DNA from: Armatimonadota bacterium
GTDB lineage: Bacteria > Armatimonadota > SYMT01
Reading direction: 5' to 3'
Length of the DNA stretch: 64,000 bases
Assembly (NCBI GenBank): GCA_041690135.1
Contig: JAWLHY010000002.1
Span: forward strand, 352,001 to 416,000
How positions within the stretch are numbered: the stretch's first letter is position 1; every line of letters starts with the position of its first letter. The translations under genes were made by a program, and so were the position numbers. The notes beneath the pieces are model-generated. The model did not search any database. It was not told where the DNA came from and saw only the letters and a list, made by a program, of their open reading frames with translations. This document shows, in pieces, positions 38,325 through 48,794 of the stretch.

Positions 38325-39560
38325 GTGGAGAACGCGTTACAGGTCCTCGGCGAACGTGGGTTCATTCAGCAGTGCACCGACCAGGAGGGATTGACCCGGC
38401 TGCTCCAGGAGCAGCGGGTCACTTTCTATAACGGTTTCGACCCCACCGCCGACAGCCTGCACGTGGGCCACCTGCTCCCCATCATGGCCATGGCGCACCT
38501 CCAGCGCTGCGGCCACCGTCCGCTCGCCCTGGTGGGGGGCGGCACCGCCATGGTGGGCGACCCCAGCGGCAAGACGGAGATGCGCCAGCTTCTCACCAAA
38601 GAGGAGATCGAGCGCAACCTCCAGGGCGTCACGGCGCAGTTCGCCCGCTACCTGGACCTGGGTGAGAACGGCGCCCGGGTGGTGAACAACGCCGACTGGC
38701 TGCTGGGCCTGGGCTACATCGACTTCCTCCGCGACATCGGCCGGTACTTCAAGGTCAACGAGATGATCCGGGCGGAAGCCTACCGGATGCGCCTGGAGCG
38801 CGAGGAAGGCCTCTCCTTCATCGAGTTCAACTACCAGCTCCTCCAGGCCTACGACTTCCTGGTCCTCTACCGCCGTGAAGGCTGCCTGCTGCAGACCGGC
38901 GGCGACGACCAGTGGAGCAACATCCTGGCCGGCGCGGACCTGATCCGGCGGGTGGAGGCGAAGACCGCCTTCGGGCTCACCTACCCCCTCCTGACCACCG
39001 CGCGCGGGGAGAAGATGGGCAAGACGGCTGCCGGCGCCGTGTGGCTGAGCGCGGAGCGGACCTCCCCCTACGAGTACTACCAGTACTGGATCAACTGCGA
39101 CGACCGGGACGTGCGCCGGTTCCTGGCGCTGTTCACCTTCCTCCCTATGGAAGAGGTGAACCGCCTGGGGGCGCTGGAAGGCGCCGACATCCGGCAGGCG
39201 AAGGAAGTCCTCGCCTTCGAGGCCACGAAGCTCACTCACGGTGTGGAAGAAGCGGAGAAGGCGCGCACGGCGGCCCGCGCCGCCTTCGGTCAGCAGGGGA
39301 CCGACCTCTCGGCCGTGCCCAGTTCCACCCTCTCGGCGGAACGGCTGGCAGAGAAGATCTCCGTGGTGGACCTCTTCTGCGAGGCGGGGCTCACCCCCGG
39401 CCGCAACGCCGCCCGCCGGCTCATCACCCAGGGCGGCGCCTACGTCAACGGCCGCCAGGTCACGGATGTGGAGGAGTCAGTCGGCCCCGAAGCCGTGGAA
39501 GACGGTGCGATCATGCTCCGCTACGGCAAGAAGAAGTACCACCGGCTGTTGATCGATTAG
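38325..39560 (+). CDS. tyrS: Tyrosine--tRNA ligase
   Basis: GFDPTADSLHVGH, GDPSG, YQLLQAYDF, GGDDQWSNI, KMGKT, C-terminal S4 domain; GTG start. Confidence 0.97.
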   Translation: MENALQVLGERGFIQQCTDQEGLTRLLQEQRVTFYNGFDPTADSLHVGHLLPIMAMAHLQRCGHRPLALVGGGTAMVGDPSGKTEMRQLLTKEEIERNLQGVTAQFARYLDLGENGARVVNNADWLLGLGYIDFLRDIGRYFKVNEMIRAEAYRMRLEREEGLSFIEFNYQLLQAYDFLVLYRREGCLLQTGGDDQWSNILAGADLIRRVEAKTAFGLTYPLLTTARGEKMGKTAAGAVWLSAERTSPYEYYQYWINCDDRDVRRFLALFTFLPMEEVNRLGALEGADIRQAKEVLAFEATKLTHGVEEAEKARTAARAAFGQQGTDLSAVPSSTLSAERLAEKISVVDLFCEAGLTPGRNAARRLITQGGAYVNGRQVTDVEESVGPEAVEDGAIMLRYGKKKYHRLLID

Positions 39561-39625
39561 GAATCAGGATCAGGATTAGGACAAAGGAAGGTTTCTAATC
39601 CTAATCCTAGTCGTAATCCTAATCG
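39554..39625. repeat. Inverted hexamer arrays forming a hairpin between convergent genes
   Basis: (GATTAG)4-like at 39555-39580 facing (CTAATC)5-like at 39595-39624. Confidence 0.75.
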
Positions 39626-39633
39626 GCCGTGCG

Positions 39634-41040
39634 TCAGCCGGCAAGGGTGGCTCTCTCACCCAGGCCGGGCACCGAGACCTCCCAGCCCAGCTCGGTGACG
39701 ATCTTCGCCTGCAGGGCGCGGCGCGCTTCGGGTTCTCCGTGCACGATGAAGGTCCGCTTCGGAGCCTCCTCGAAGTCCCCCAGCCACCGCATGATCTCGC
39801 CCCGGTCGGCGTGAGCGGAGAGGGCGTCGATCCGCTCGATGCGCGCGCGGACCGGCACTTCCCAGCCGTAAGCCCGGAACTGCTTCGCCCCCTCCAGTAG
39901 CGCTCGGCCGGGCGTCCCCTCTCCCTGGTAGCCGACGAACAGCACCGTGGTATTGGGTGTGGGCAGCCGGTTCAACAGGTGGTGGCGGATGCGCCCGCCG
40001 TTGCACATCCCGCTCCCCGCGATGATGATCCCCGGCCCCTCGCGTTCGTTCAGCGCCTTCGACTCGTCCCGGGTGTGGACGAAGTGCAGGTTCGGGCCCT
40101 CAAACGGGCAGCGGTCGGCATCCAGCAAAGCTCGCATCTCCAGGTCGTGGTCTTCGTGATGCTTCGCGAAGAGGGGGATGGCGCTGTTAGCCATCGGGCT
40201 GTCCACGTAGACGGGGAGCGCCGGGATCCGGCCCGCGTGGACGAGGTCGTTCAGCAAATAGAGGATCTCCTGGGTCCGGCCGATGGCGAATGCCGGAATC
40301 AGGATGAAGCTGCGCTCCTTCGCGGCCCGGCATACCAGCCGCTCCAGGGCGGTATGCACGTCTTCGTTGCTGTGGTCGCGGTTACCGTAGGTCGACTCCA
40401 CCAGCAGGTAGTCCGCCCGGGAAACCGGTGTCGGGTCCGGAATGATGCTCTGGTGGTACCGTCCCAGGTCGCCGCCGAATAGCACGGTGCCAGCCTCCGT
40501 CTCCGTAGAGGCGTACGCCGAGCCCAGGACGTGCCCCGCGCGCAGGAAGTGCACGCGCACGCCCTCCGCTGGCGAGAAGGCCTCGTGGTAATGGTGTCCT
40601 TCCAGCAGCTTCAGGCACTCTTCCACGTCGCCCGTGTCGTAAAGGGGCACCGCCGGATGGTGGCGCGACCAGCCGTGGCGGTTGGCGTGCTCCGCCTCTT
40701 CTTCCTGCAGCCGGGCGGAATCCATCAGCATGATCCACAGCAGGTCCCGCGTGGCCATGGTGCAGTGAACCGGTCCCCGGTAGCCCTGCTTCACCAGGCG
40801 CGGCAGGTAGCCGGTATGGTCCAGGTGCGCGTGCGTCAGCACCACCGCATCGAGCGAGTCCACCGGCACCGGAAACCGCTCCCAGTTCCGCTTTCGCACG
40901 TCCCGCGGCCCCTGGAACATCCCGCAGTCCACCAGGATGCGCTTGACCCCGGTCTCCAGCAGGTGGCGCGACCCCGTAACGGTGTCCGTCGCCCCATGAA
41001 ACGTGATCGATGTTCCCCCCACTCCCGTGGTTCCATTCAT
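39634..41040 (-). CDS. MBL-fold / beta-CASP ribonuclease-like protein
   Basis: VTGSRH, THAHLDH, AGHVLGSA, ESTYG, PAFAIGRTQ, SAHAD, VHGE. Confidence 0.93.
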   Translation of the reverse strand: MNGTTGVGGTSITFHGATDTVTGSRHLLETGVKRILVDCGMFQGPRDVRKRNWERFPVPVDSLDAVVLTHAHLDHTGYLPRLVKQGYRGPVHCTMATRDLLWIMLMDSARLQEEEAEHANRHGWSRHHPAVPLYDTGDVEECLKLLEGHHYHEAFSPAEGVRVHFLRAGHVLGSAYASTETEAGTVLFGGDLGRYHQSIIPDPTPVSRADYLLVESTYGNRDHSNEDVHTALERLVCRAAKERSFILIPAFAIGRTQEILYLLNDLVHAGRIPALPVYVDSPMANSAIPLFAKHHEDHDLEMRALLDADRCPFEGPNLHFVHTRDESKALNEREGPGIIIAGSGMCNGGRIRHHLLNRLPTPNTTVLFVGYQGEGTPGRALLEGAKQFRAYGWEVPVRARIERIDALSAHADRGEIMRWLGDFEEAPKRTFIVHGEPEARRALQAKIVTELGWEVSVPGLGERATLAG

Positions 41041-41140
41041 TTCTGGTTGTCTCCCTGGTCTGGGCTTGTTCAATTGGCCCTTATCTCATGAACGCCAGCA
41101 TACCCGGATTCGACACGGTCATTTGGATGGACACACGCGA

Positions 41141-42379
41141 TTAACCGAACAGCAGCACGGCCACCCCGGAGAGGATGGAGATGCCGAACAGCACGGCGAT
41201 CTCCCGCAGCAGGCGGGGGTGACCCAGGGTGGCCACCATCCCCGCCTTGAAGATCAGGTTCGACATGGCCGCGATCACGATCATCTGCCAGCCCCGCTGC
41301 GGATCGAGCTGGCCCGCATGGACCAGGCCGGAGGTGGAAAGAGTAATGGCATCCATGTCGGTCAAGCCGGAAATGCCTGCCACCAGGTAGAGCGCGGAGT
41401 TGCCGAGGTAGTGACGGACCGTCGCCACCAGCAGCAGGATGAGCGCGTACATGGCCCCGAAGAAGATGGCCGCCTTGAGTTCCGCCGGGTTCTCCTGCTC
41501 CGGTAGCTCCGATTGTTCCCGGGGGATGCGCCACCACCAGAGGGCACAGAGCACCACCGACACGGCCATCATCACGGCGATCCGGGGCCCCGCGATCGGC
41601 AGGAAGCCCGGCGCGACCACCTGGATCTCGACCAGCACGCGGATGTACACGATTGTCGAGGCGATCATGATGACCACGGCGGCGGGCCGGGCCCCCTCCG
41701 GGGCCTCTTTGGTCCGCCGCGCGTAACCGGCCGTGGTGGCGGTGCTGGAAATCACGCCGCCCAGGATGCCTCCCAGCACGATCCCCGCCTGTTGCCCGAA
41801 GAACTTGTAGAGGATGTATCCGCCGAGGCTGATGCCGACGATCAGCACCACCAGCCGCCAGATCTCATACAGGTTGATGACGTCGAACGGGCCGAAGGTC
41901 TGGTCCGGGAGCACCGGCAGAATGATGAAGGCGATCAGAACGAACTGCATGATCGCCCGGACATCCTCGTCTTCCAGGCGCCGGACGAAGCCGTGGAGCT
42001 CCGGCTTGAACTGGAGGAGCACCGCCACCCCGCCGCCGACGGCGATGGCGACCACCTGGGGACCGTACACCAGGTAAGCGCCGACCATGTACATCAGCGC
42101 CAGGGCGAACTCGGTGGTGAGGCCGGCGTCCGCGGCGCCCTCCCGCATCTTCTGCACGTTGCCGACGACGGCCAGAAGCACTACCGCCAGCAGGCCCGCG
42201 GCTACGATCCACCCGCCGAGGGCTTGCGCCAGGAGCCCCGTGATCGTCCCCAGCAGCGTGACCAGGGGGAAGGTCCGGAAGCCGGCCAGGCGCGACTCGG
42301 CTCGCTCACGCTGCATTCCCACCAGCAGCCCGAGCATGAGCGCCAGGCCCAGCTTCACAAAGATCGGGAACGTCTGCAT
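41141..42379 (-). CDS. MgtC/SapB plus DUF4010 membrane protein
   Basis: GLLVGMQRE, AGFRTF, GLTTE, ILPVLPD, SSTATT, SGLTDMDAI. Confidence 0.9.
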   Translation of the reverse strand: MQTFPIFVKLGLALMLGLLVGMQRERAESRLAGFRTFPLVTLLGTITGLLAQALGGWIVAAGLLAVVLLAVVGNVQKMREGAADAGLTTEFALALMYMVGAYLVYGPQVVAIAVGGGVAVLLQFKPELHGFVRRLEDEDVRAIMQFVLIAFIILPVLPDQTFGPFDVINLYEIWRLVVLIVGISLGGYILYKFFGQQAGIVLGGILGGVISSTATTAGYARRTKEAPEGARPAAVVIMIASTIVYIRVLVEIQVVAPGFLPIAGPRIAVMMAVSVVLCALWWWRIPREQSELPEQENPAELKAAIFFGAMYALILLLVATVRHYLGNSALYLVAGISGLTDMDAITLSTSGLVHAGQLDPQRGWQMIVIAAMSNLIFKAGMVATLGHPRLLREIAVLFGISILSGVAVLLFG

Positions 42380-42506
42380 CCGCCATCCATCGTCCCGGCG
42401 CGACCTCCACCAAGGAGCCAGGCCTGGGCCTGCACCCCCACCGAAAAGCCGGGCGCTCGGGAATGATGTCAGTTTATCCCAGACGCTCCATCACCTTAAA
42501 CCCGGC

Positions 42507-43739
<1,233 letters not shown>

Positions 43740-43766
43740 CTACCCTTCCCTTTCTTGCCGGAAGGT

Positions 43767-45071
43767 TTACGCTCCTGCCGCGAGGCGTGCGAGGAGTTCG
43801 CCCTGGGGCAGGGTTTCCTGACCGCCCCCCTCCATATCCTTGAGCGAGGCGACCCCCTGGGCCACCTCATCCTCGCCCAGGATCACCACGTAGCGGGCGT
43901 TGACCCGGTTCGCCGCCCGCATCTGCGCCTTCATGCTGCGAGCGCGGTAGTCGGTGTCCGCCGCCACCCCGGCCTGCCGCAGGTCGTTGAGCAGCTTGAG
44001 CCCCGGAAGCCGCGCCGCGTCTCCCAGCGTGACCACGAAGACCGGCCGCCGTGCCTCCACGGGGAATTCCACGCCCAGTGCCTCGCACGCCAGGAGCACC
44101 CGCTCGATCCCGCAGCCGAAGCCGATGCCGGGCGTCGGCTCCCCACCGAGATCCTCCACCAGGCCGTCGTACCGGCCCCCGCCCAGGATCGTCGACTGCG
44201 CGCCGAGGCCGCTGTGCGTGATCTCGAAGCTGGTCTTGACGTAGTAGTCAAGGCCCCGGACCAGCCGCTTGTTGCGCACGTACTCCACACCGAAGGCGGC
44301 CAGCGCCTCCTGCACCGCCGCGAAGTGGCCGGCGCAGCTCTCGCAGAGGTGATCCACGATGTCGGGGACCACCGGCTCCAGCACGGTCCAGTCTTCGAAC
44401 TTGCAGTCCAGGATCCGCAGCGGGTTCGTCTCATAGCGCCGCTGACAGTTGCCGCACATGGAGCCGATCCGCTCCCCAAGGGCCTGCCGCAATGCTTCAC
44501 GGTAGGCCGGCCGGCATGCCGGGCAGCCCACGCTATTCAGTTCCGTCCGCTCGCCGCGGATACCGACCCGGTGCAGGTAGGTCAGACCGAGGGCGATCAC
44601 CTCCGCGTCCAGGGCCGGGTCATCGCTGCCCAGCGCCTCGATACCCGTCTGGTGGTGCTGCCGGAGCCGTCCCTTCTGCGGCCGCTCGTACCGGAAATTC
44701 GGCGCAATGTAGAACAGCTTGGTCATCGGCGCCTCTTTGCCCAGGCTGTGCTGGATGTAGGCGCGCAGTGTCGGCGCGGTTCCTTCCGGCCGGAGCACGA
44801 ACGTCTCCCGCTCCTTCTTCTCTCCGGCGTCGTCCGACTCGCCCGCTTCGGACGGCTTCCCCCCGGAGACGCTGAACATCTCCTTGGAGACGATGTCGGT
44901 GTGCTCTCCCACGGCCCGGACGAACAGGTCCGTCTGCTCGAACGCGGGCGTGCGGATCTCTTCATAGCCGAAGTCCGCACAGGTGCGCCGGAAGGTCCCT
45001 TCCACATAACGCCAACGGGAGACTTCCACCGGCAGGATATCCTGGGTTCCTCTGGGGGCTTTGTATTTCAT
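43767..45071 (-). CDS. hisS: Histidine--tRNA ligase
   Basis: PRGTQD, LRPEGTA, FRYERPQKGR, LVRGLDYY, GGGRYDGL, GFGCGIER. Confidence 0.97.
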   Translation of the reverse strand: MKYKAPRGTQDILPVEVSRWRYVEGTFRRTCADFGYEEIRTPAFEQTDLFVRAVGEHTDIVSKEMFSVSGGKPSEAGESDDAGEKKERETFVLRPEGTAPTLRAYIQHSLGKEAPMTKLFYIAPNFRYERPQKGRLRQHHQTGIEALGSDDPALDAEVIALGLTYLHRVGIRGERTELNSVGCPACRPAYREALRQALGERIGSMCGNCQRRYETNPLRILDCKFEDWTVLEPVVPDIVDHLCESCAGHFAAVQEALAAFGVEYVRNKRLVRGLDYYVKTSFEITHSGLGAQSTILGGGRYDGLVEDLGGEPTPGIGFGCGIERVLLACEALGVEFPVEARRPVFVVTLGDAARLPGLKLLNDLRQAGVAADTDYRARSMKAQMRAANRVNARYVVILGEDEVAQGVASLKDMEGGGQETLPQGELLARLAAGA

Positions 45072-45083
45072 GATCCAGCCTCA

Positions 45084-45152
45084 TCAATTGCAAACTGCAA
45101 ATTGTCAATTTCAAATTTCAAATTTAAAATTTGCAATTCTCAATTTGCAATG
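45084..45152. repeat. AT-rich heptamer array (CAATTTG-like, about 10 units)
   Basis: tcaattg caaactg caaattg tcaattt caaattt caaattt aaaattt gcaattc tcaattt gcaatg in the hisS 5' UTR. Confidence 0.85.
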
Positions 45153-45189
45153 TCTTTTCCCTTGAGCCGGGAAAGGGCGCGGCATCCAC

Positions 45190-45225
45190 AAAAAAGCCGC
45201 GGCGGCCCGGAAGGGCGCCGCGGCT
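45190..45225 (-). terminator. Intrinsic terminator (attenuator) upstream of hisS
   Basis: Minus strand GCCGCGGC-GCCC-UUCC-GGGC-C-GCCGCGGC followed by UUUUUU. Confidence 0.88.
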
Positions 45226-45249
45226 CGAAACGGGGCGACTGCGGAACGA

Positions 45250-45345
45250 TCAGCAGGCGCGCGCGAGCCGCGGCTCACCGTGAAGGTGTCCGTGATGCGC
45301 CCGCCCGGCATCGGCCGACCTGCGTTCCAACGTGCAGTCGTACAT
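45250..45345 (-). CDS. His-rich leader peptide (31 aa)
   Basis: MYDCTLERRSADAGRAHHGHLHGEPRLARAC*; 4 His in 6 codons; ends 25 nt before the terminator; lies upstream of hisS. Confidence 0.8.
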   Translation of the reverse strand: MYDCTLERRSADAGRAHHGHLHGEPRLARAC

Positions 45346-45351
45346 CGCACA

Positions 45352-45381
45352 ACTATAGCACGAGCAGCTTTCCAGGGTCAA
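45352..45381 (-). promoter_or_regulatory. Sigma70 promoter giving a leaderless leader-peptide mRNA
   Basis: TTGACC-N18-TATAGT with extended TGn; 6 nt separate the -10 from ATG 45345. Confidence 0.75.
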
Positions 45382-45700
45382 AGCTTCGCAAACCCCATGA
45401 GAAACCGTTCTCTTATAGGGCTGGGAAGGGCACCCCACTCACGTTGACGGTGGTTTGATGATGCTTTGACGCTGATTTGATCCTTGTAGTCAGGAGAATC
45501 AGTAGGAGATGTTAGAGATTAGGACAAGCGGCCAGGCCGTGTGGAGGCAGACAACACAGAGGATGGCAGTCTCCACCTTCCCCGCGGCACTATGCGCTGC
45601 CCGTCCGGTAGACGCTCTTGAACGAACGATCTGCCAGTGGCGCGTGCGTCCGGAGACAACGATCCGGCGCCAGGCTCATGACAGTCACCAGGAAACGCCG

Positions 45701-46783
45701 ATGCCTCTCATTCTCACAAGACTTCTCAAGGCCTCCAACGCCATTCCCATCGGAGTGGCGTTGGGCCTGGCCTTAGCGGGGGGACCGGTCTGCGCACAGA
45801 CCGTACCTGCATCCTCGGGCGCGGATGGCGCCTTCAATGCTGCCGGCGACGTAATCCTACCCGCCGGCACCTACAACTTCACCACCTTCAACATCGCACC
45901 CGGAGCCACCGTAACCGTGGCGGGAAGCGGCGTGCTCGACATCCGGGTACAGGGCACTGCCGTGATCGAGGGCAGCCTGAGGCTTGACGGCCAGAATGGG
46001 AGTAACGGAGGGGTGAACACGGCTCTTCCGGGTGCGGGAGGGAGTGGTGGCGGTGGAGGCGGGGCGGCCGGCGGAGTGGGCGGCTATTATGCGGGTGTGG
46101 GGCAGAGTGGTTCCGGTCCCGGAGGGGGCGGAAGTGGAGCGAATTCTGCCGACGGTGGAGGCGGTGGAGGGGGTGGGCATGCCGCTCCGGGTGCTAACGG
46201 TGGTAACGGGCTTTACTTCGATACTGGCTTGATCGGCTCCGGGGGAGCCGGAGGGGCAGCCTATGGAGTAACCGCCTTCACCGAGTTGGCCGGAGGGTCC
46301 GGAGGCGGCGGTGGTGGCTACGGCAGCGCGTTCAACGGTTCGGGAGGCGGAGGAGGTGGCGGTGGCGGGGCCGTCCGGATTGCCGCCTCGCAGCTTCAGA
46401 TCGCCGGAGCGATCACTGCCAACGGCGGGAACGGCGGGAACAATGCCGCTGGTACCGACGGCGCCGCCGGCGGGGGCGGCAGCGGGGGCATGGTCTGGCT
46501 ACAGGCGTCTTCGGTCATTCTCTCGGGCGTGGTTCAGGTGAACGGAGGGCTCGGCGGCACGGCTTCCGCGACTTCCCGCGGCACTCCCGGAGCGGGCGGA
46601 AACGGCGCACGGGGTCGAGTCCGGATTGACACGAATGCCCTCACCGGTACGGCTCCAGCGGGAACTTACCTGTCTGAGTATCCCCTGGACGCCTCGGCCG
46701 TGCCGGAACCCGGGGCACTTTTCCTCTTTGCCGGCGCCCTTCTGCCACTTGGGCTCATTGCAAGACGTCGCTCCGGCAGGTAG
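45701..46783 (+). CDS. Glycine-rich PEP-CTERM surface protein
   Basis: Signal peptide, GGGGG-rich repeats, C-terminal VPEPGALFLFAGALLPLGLIARRR. Confidence 0.9.
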   Translation: MPLILTRLLKASNAIPIGVALGLALAGGPVCAQTVPASSGADGAFNAAGDVILPAGTYNFTTFNIAPGATVTVAGSGVLDIRVQGTAVIEGSLRLDGQNGSNGGVNTALPGAGGSGGGGGGAAGGVGGYYAGVGQSGSGPGGGGSGANSADGGGGGGGGHAAPGANGGNGLYFDTGLIGSGGAGGAAYGVTAFTELAGGSGGGGGGYGSAFNGSGGGGGGGGGAVRIAASQLQIAGAITANGGNGGNNAAGTDGAAGGGGSGGMVWLQASSVILSGVVQVNGGLGGTASATSRGTPGAGGNGARGRVRIDTNALTGTAPAGTYLSEYPLDASAVPEPGALFLFAGALLPLGLIARRRSGR

Positions 46784-46794
46784 CGACATACACC

Positions 46795-46830
46795 AGGGCG
46801 GACCGGCGGGCATCCCCCGGTCCGCTCTTT
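46795..46830 (+). terminator. Probable terminator hairpin between convergent genes
   Basis: AGGGCGGACCGG...CCGGTCCGCTCT followed by a short T run. Confidence 0.55.
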
Positions 46831-46832
46831 GA

Positions 46833-48587
46833 TCAATTGAGCTGGACCTCCAGTGTCTCTTCGGGCCGGATGACAACCGTCTCTCCCTCGGGCGTGCGGA
46901 GGTGATACAGGTCGCGTTCCAGAGAGTAGAGCGTGCCGGTGACCGGATCCCCGTGGAGGGTGTTGACCCGGTAAAGCTTACCGATCTCCAACTGCCGTCC
47001 CATCGAGTCCCCTCGCTGGAGGGCCTCTCTCCGCCGGCGCAGCCGCTCCTCTTCTGCCGCTCGCAGCCAGTCCCGTTCCTGGGGCGTCGGGTCTACCGGC
47101 TCCACATCCCAGCCATCCCGCTCGTGCAGTTCCAGGATTTCCCCGTCCGGGTCGCGCCGCACGGTGTAGGTCCCACCCTCATACCGGAGGAGGTGTCCGA
47201 CCGTGGCTTCTCCGTCGACCGGCACAAAGCGATAAGGGCGCTCCAGGGGAATCCGGGTGCGGTCTTCCACCCAGTTGGGAAGGTCCTCTCCGGATGAAGC
47301 TTGAGCCGTCGCCGGAGGAGCGTCCGGATCGGCGGTGAGGGTGAGCGTCGCGGCGCGCAGGGTCTCGTCCCACGCCACCTTCACCATGCGCCCACCGAAG
47401 CGCTCCTCCCGCTCGCGACTCTCCGCTTCCCGAAGCGATTCGGTCAGCGTCTCCAGCGCCCACGAGGCCGCGCCGGGGGCATACTCGTCCAGGAGCAGGC
47501 TCACGCGCGCCCCGTTCGCGCCGCCGGTGAGCCACTCTTCGGTGGCCGCGGTGAAGGAGAGCTGAACTGCGTGGAGGTCCTCCGGCGGCCCGATCAGTTC
47601 GTAGGTGGTCAGCCCGTCCGCGGTTTTCCCGACGGAGCGCAGCCGCCCATCCACGAGCGGCGAGTCGTAGAACTCGCATGGTCCCTCCCGGCGCAGGAGT
47701 TCCACCACCTGGTCGCGCGTGAGCCCCAGCCCCCTTACCACGGGTGCCGGCGGGGTAGGCGCCGTGACGGTCACTTCCGGTACCGCTTCCGGGGGGCTTA
47801 CCGCTGGGGCGGAAGCCGCGGGGACCGTCGCGGGAGGGGTGGAAGGCTCCGGGGCGGGACGGCCGAGCCACAGTGCGAGACCATAGCCGACCGGCGTGCC
47901 GATGCCGGGAATGAGCAGCCACGGCAGCCAGCGCGGCCGCCGTTTGCGCTGGGTCGTCACCGCCTCGGGGGTGGGTTCCGGCTCGGGTTGGCCGGGCGCA
48001 CTCACCGCGACCGCGGCCGGTTCGGCATCGCCTTCCACCACGATCTCCAGGGCTTCCTCTTCCGGTTGTGCCTGTTGCATCGCCCGTCCGCAGCGGGGGC
48101 AGAAGCGGAAGTCCGCCGCGTTCGCGGAGCCGCACGCGCACGTCCAGGCGGCGGCTGGCGCCGTAGTGGCGGTCCCGTTAACGGTGCTGCTCTGGGCGGT
48201 CTCTTCGCGGGCCGCCGGGGCGGGCACCGCGGAGGCGGAAGCCTCCAGCCGGTGCACGGCGGCTCGGGCGCGGGCATGCGAGGCATCCAGCACCAGGGCA
48301 CGGCGGTAGGCACCCAGGGCCTCCGTCGGATGGCCGGACTGCTCCAGCGCTTTGCCCAGGTTGAACTGGAACGCCGCGGACCCGGGTTCCAGTTGAGTGG
48401 CGCGCCGGAGACAGAGGACGGCCTCTGCGGTGTTCCCCTCCATCCCGTGGGCCACGCCCAGGTAGGCGCAAAGCTCCGCGTCGTCCGGAGCCTGCTCCAG
48501 GGCGGCGGAGAGACTGCGGATGGCGGCGGGCACATCCCCGGCCTGCAAAGCGTGCAGGGCGGCATCGCGGGCGGAAGTGGGTTGCAT
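46833..48587 (-). CDS. TPR / zinc-ribbon / single-TM protein
   Basis: TPR repeats (YLGVA, FNLGKAL), WTCACG...FCPRCG, TM helix, Pro-rich linker, two similar short beta repeats at the C-terminus. Confidence 0.8.
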   Translation of the reverse strand: MQPTSARDAALHALQAGDVPAAIRSLSAALEQAPDDAELCAYLGVAHGMEGNTAEAVLCLRRATQLEPGSAAFQFNLGKALEQSGHPTEALGAYRRALVLDASHARARAAVHRLEASASAVPAPAAREETAQSSTVNGTATTAPAAAWTCACGSANAADFRFCPRCGRAMQQAQPEEEALEIVVEGDAEPAAVAVSAPGQPEPEPTPEAVTTQRKRRPRWLPWLLIPGIGTPVGYGLALWLGRPAPEPSTPPATVPAASAPAVSPPEAVPEVTVTAPTPPAPVVRGLGLTRDQVVELLRREGPCEFYDSPLVDGRLRSVGKTADGLTTYELIGPPEDLHAVQLSFTAATEEWLTGGANGARVSLLLDEYAPGAASWALETLTESLREAESREREERFGGRMVKVAWDETLRAATLTLTADPDAPPATAQASSGEDLPNWVEDRTRIPLERPYRFVPVDGEATVGHLLRYEGGTYTVRRDPDGEILELHERDGWDVEPVDPTPQERDWLRAAEEERLRRRREALQRGDSMGRQLEIGKLYRVNTLHGDPVTGTLYSLERDLYHLRTPEGETVVIRPEETLEVQLN

Positions 48588-48794
48588 AATGAAATGATCG
48601 GAGATTCGGAGGGATAGACGCGAGGGAGAAGATTGAATGTTCCCGAGAGGAAAGCCGTACGCACCGGGCCGGCCGGCTCCCGCCCCGGTAGCGAAAATCC
48701 CGGTAACCGGAGTGACGACAACTGACTACCCGCTGCATAAGATGAGATGCGGCCGTTCGAAGGGGACGGTTGAGTGGAACTCGTGGAGACCGGA

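Noticed and set aside
45701-46783. PE-PGRS or collagen-like repeat
   Set aside because: The glycine-rich body is explained as a PEP-CTERM surface protein; there is no PE domain or Gly-X-Y periodicity.
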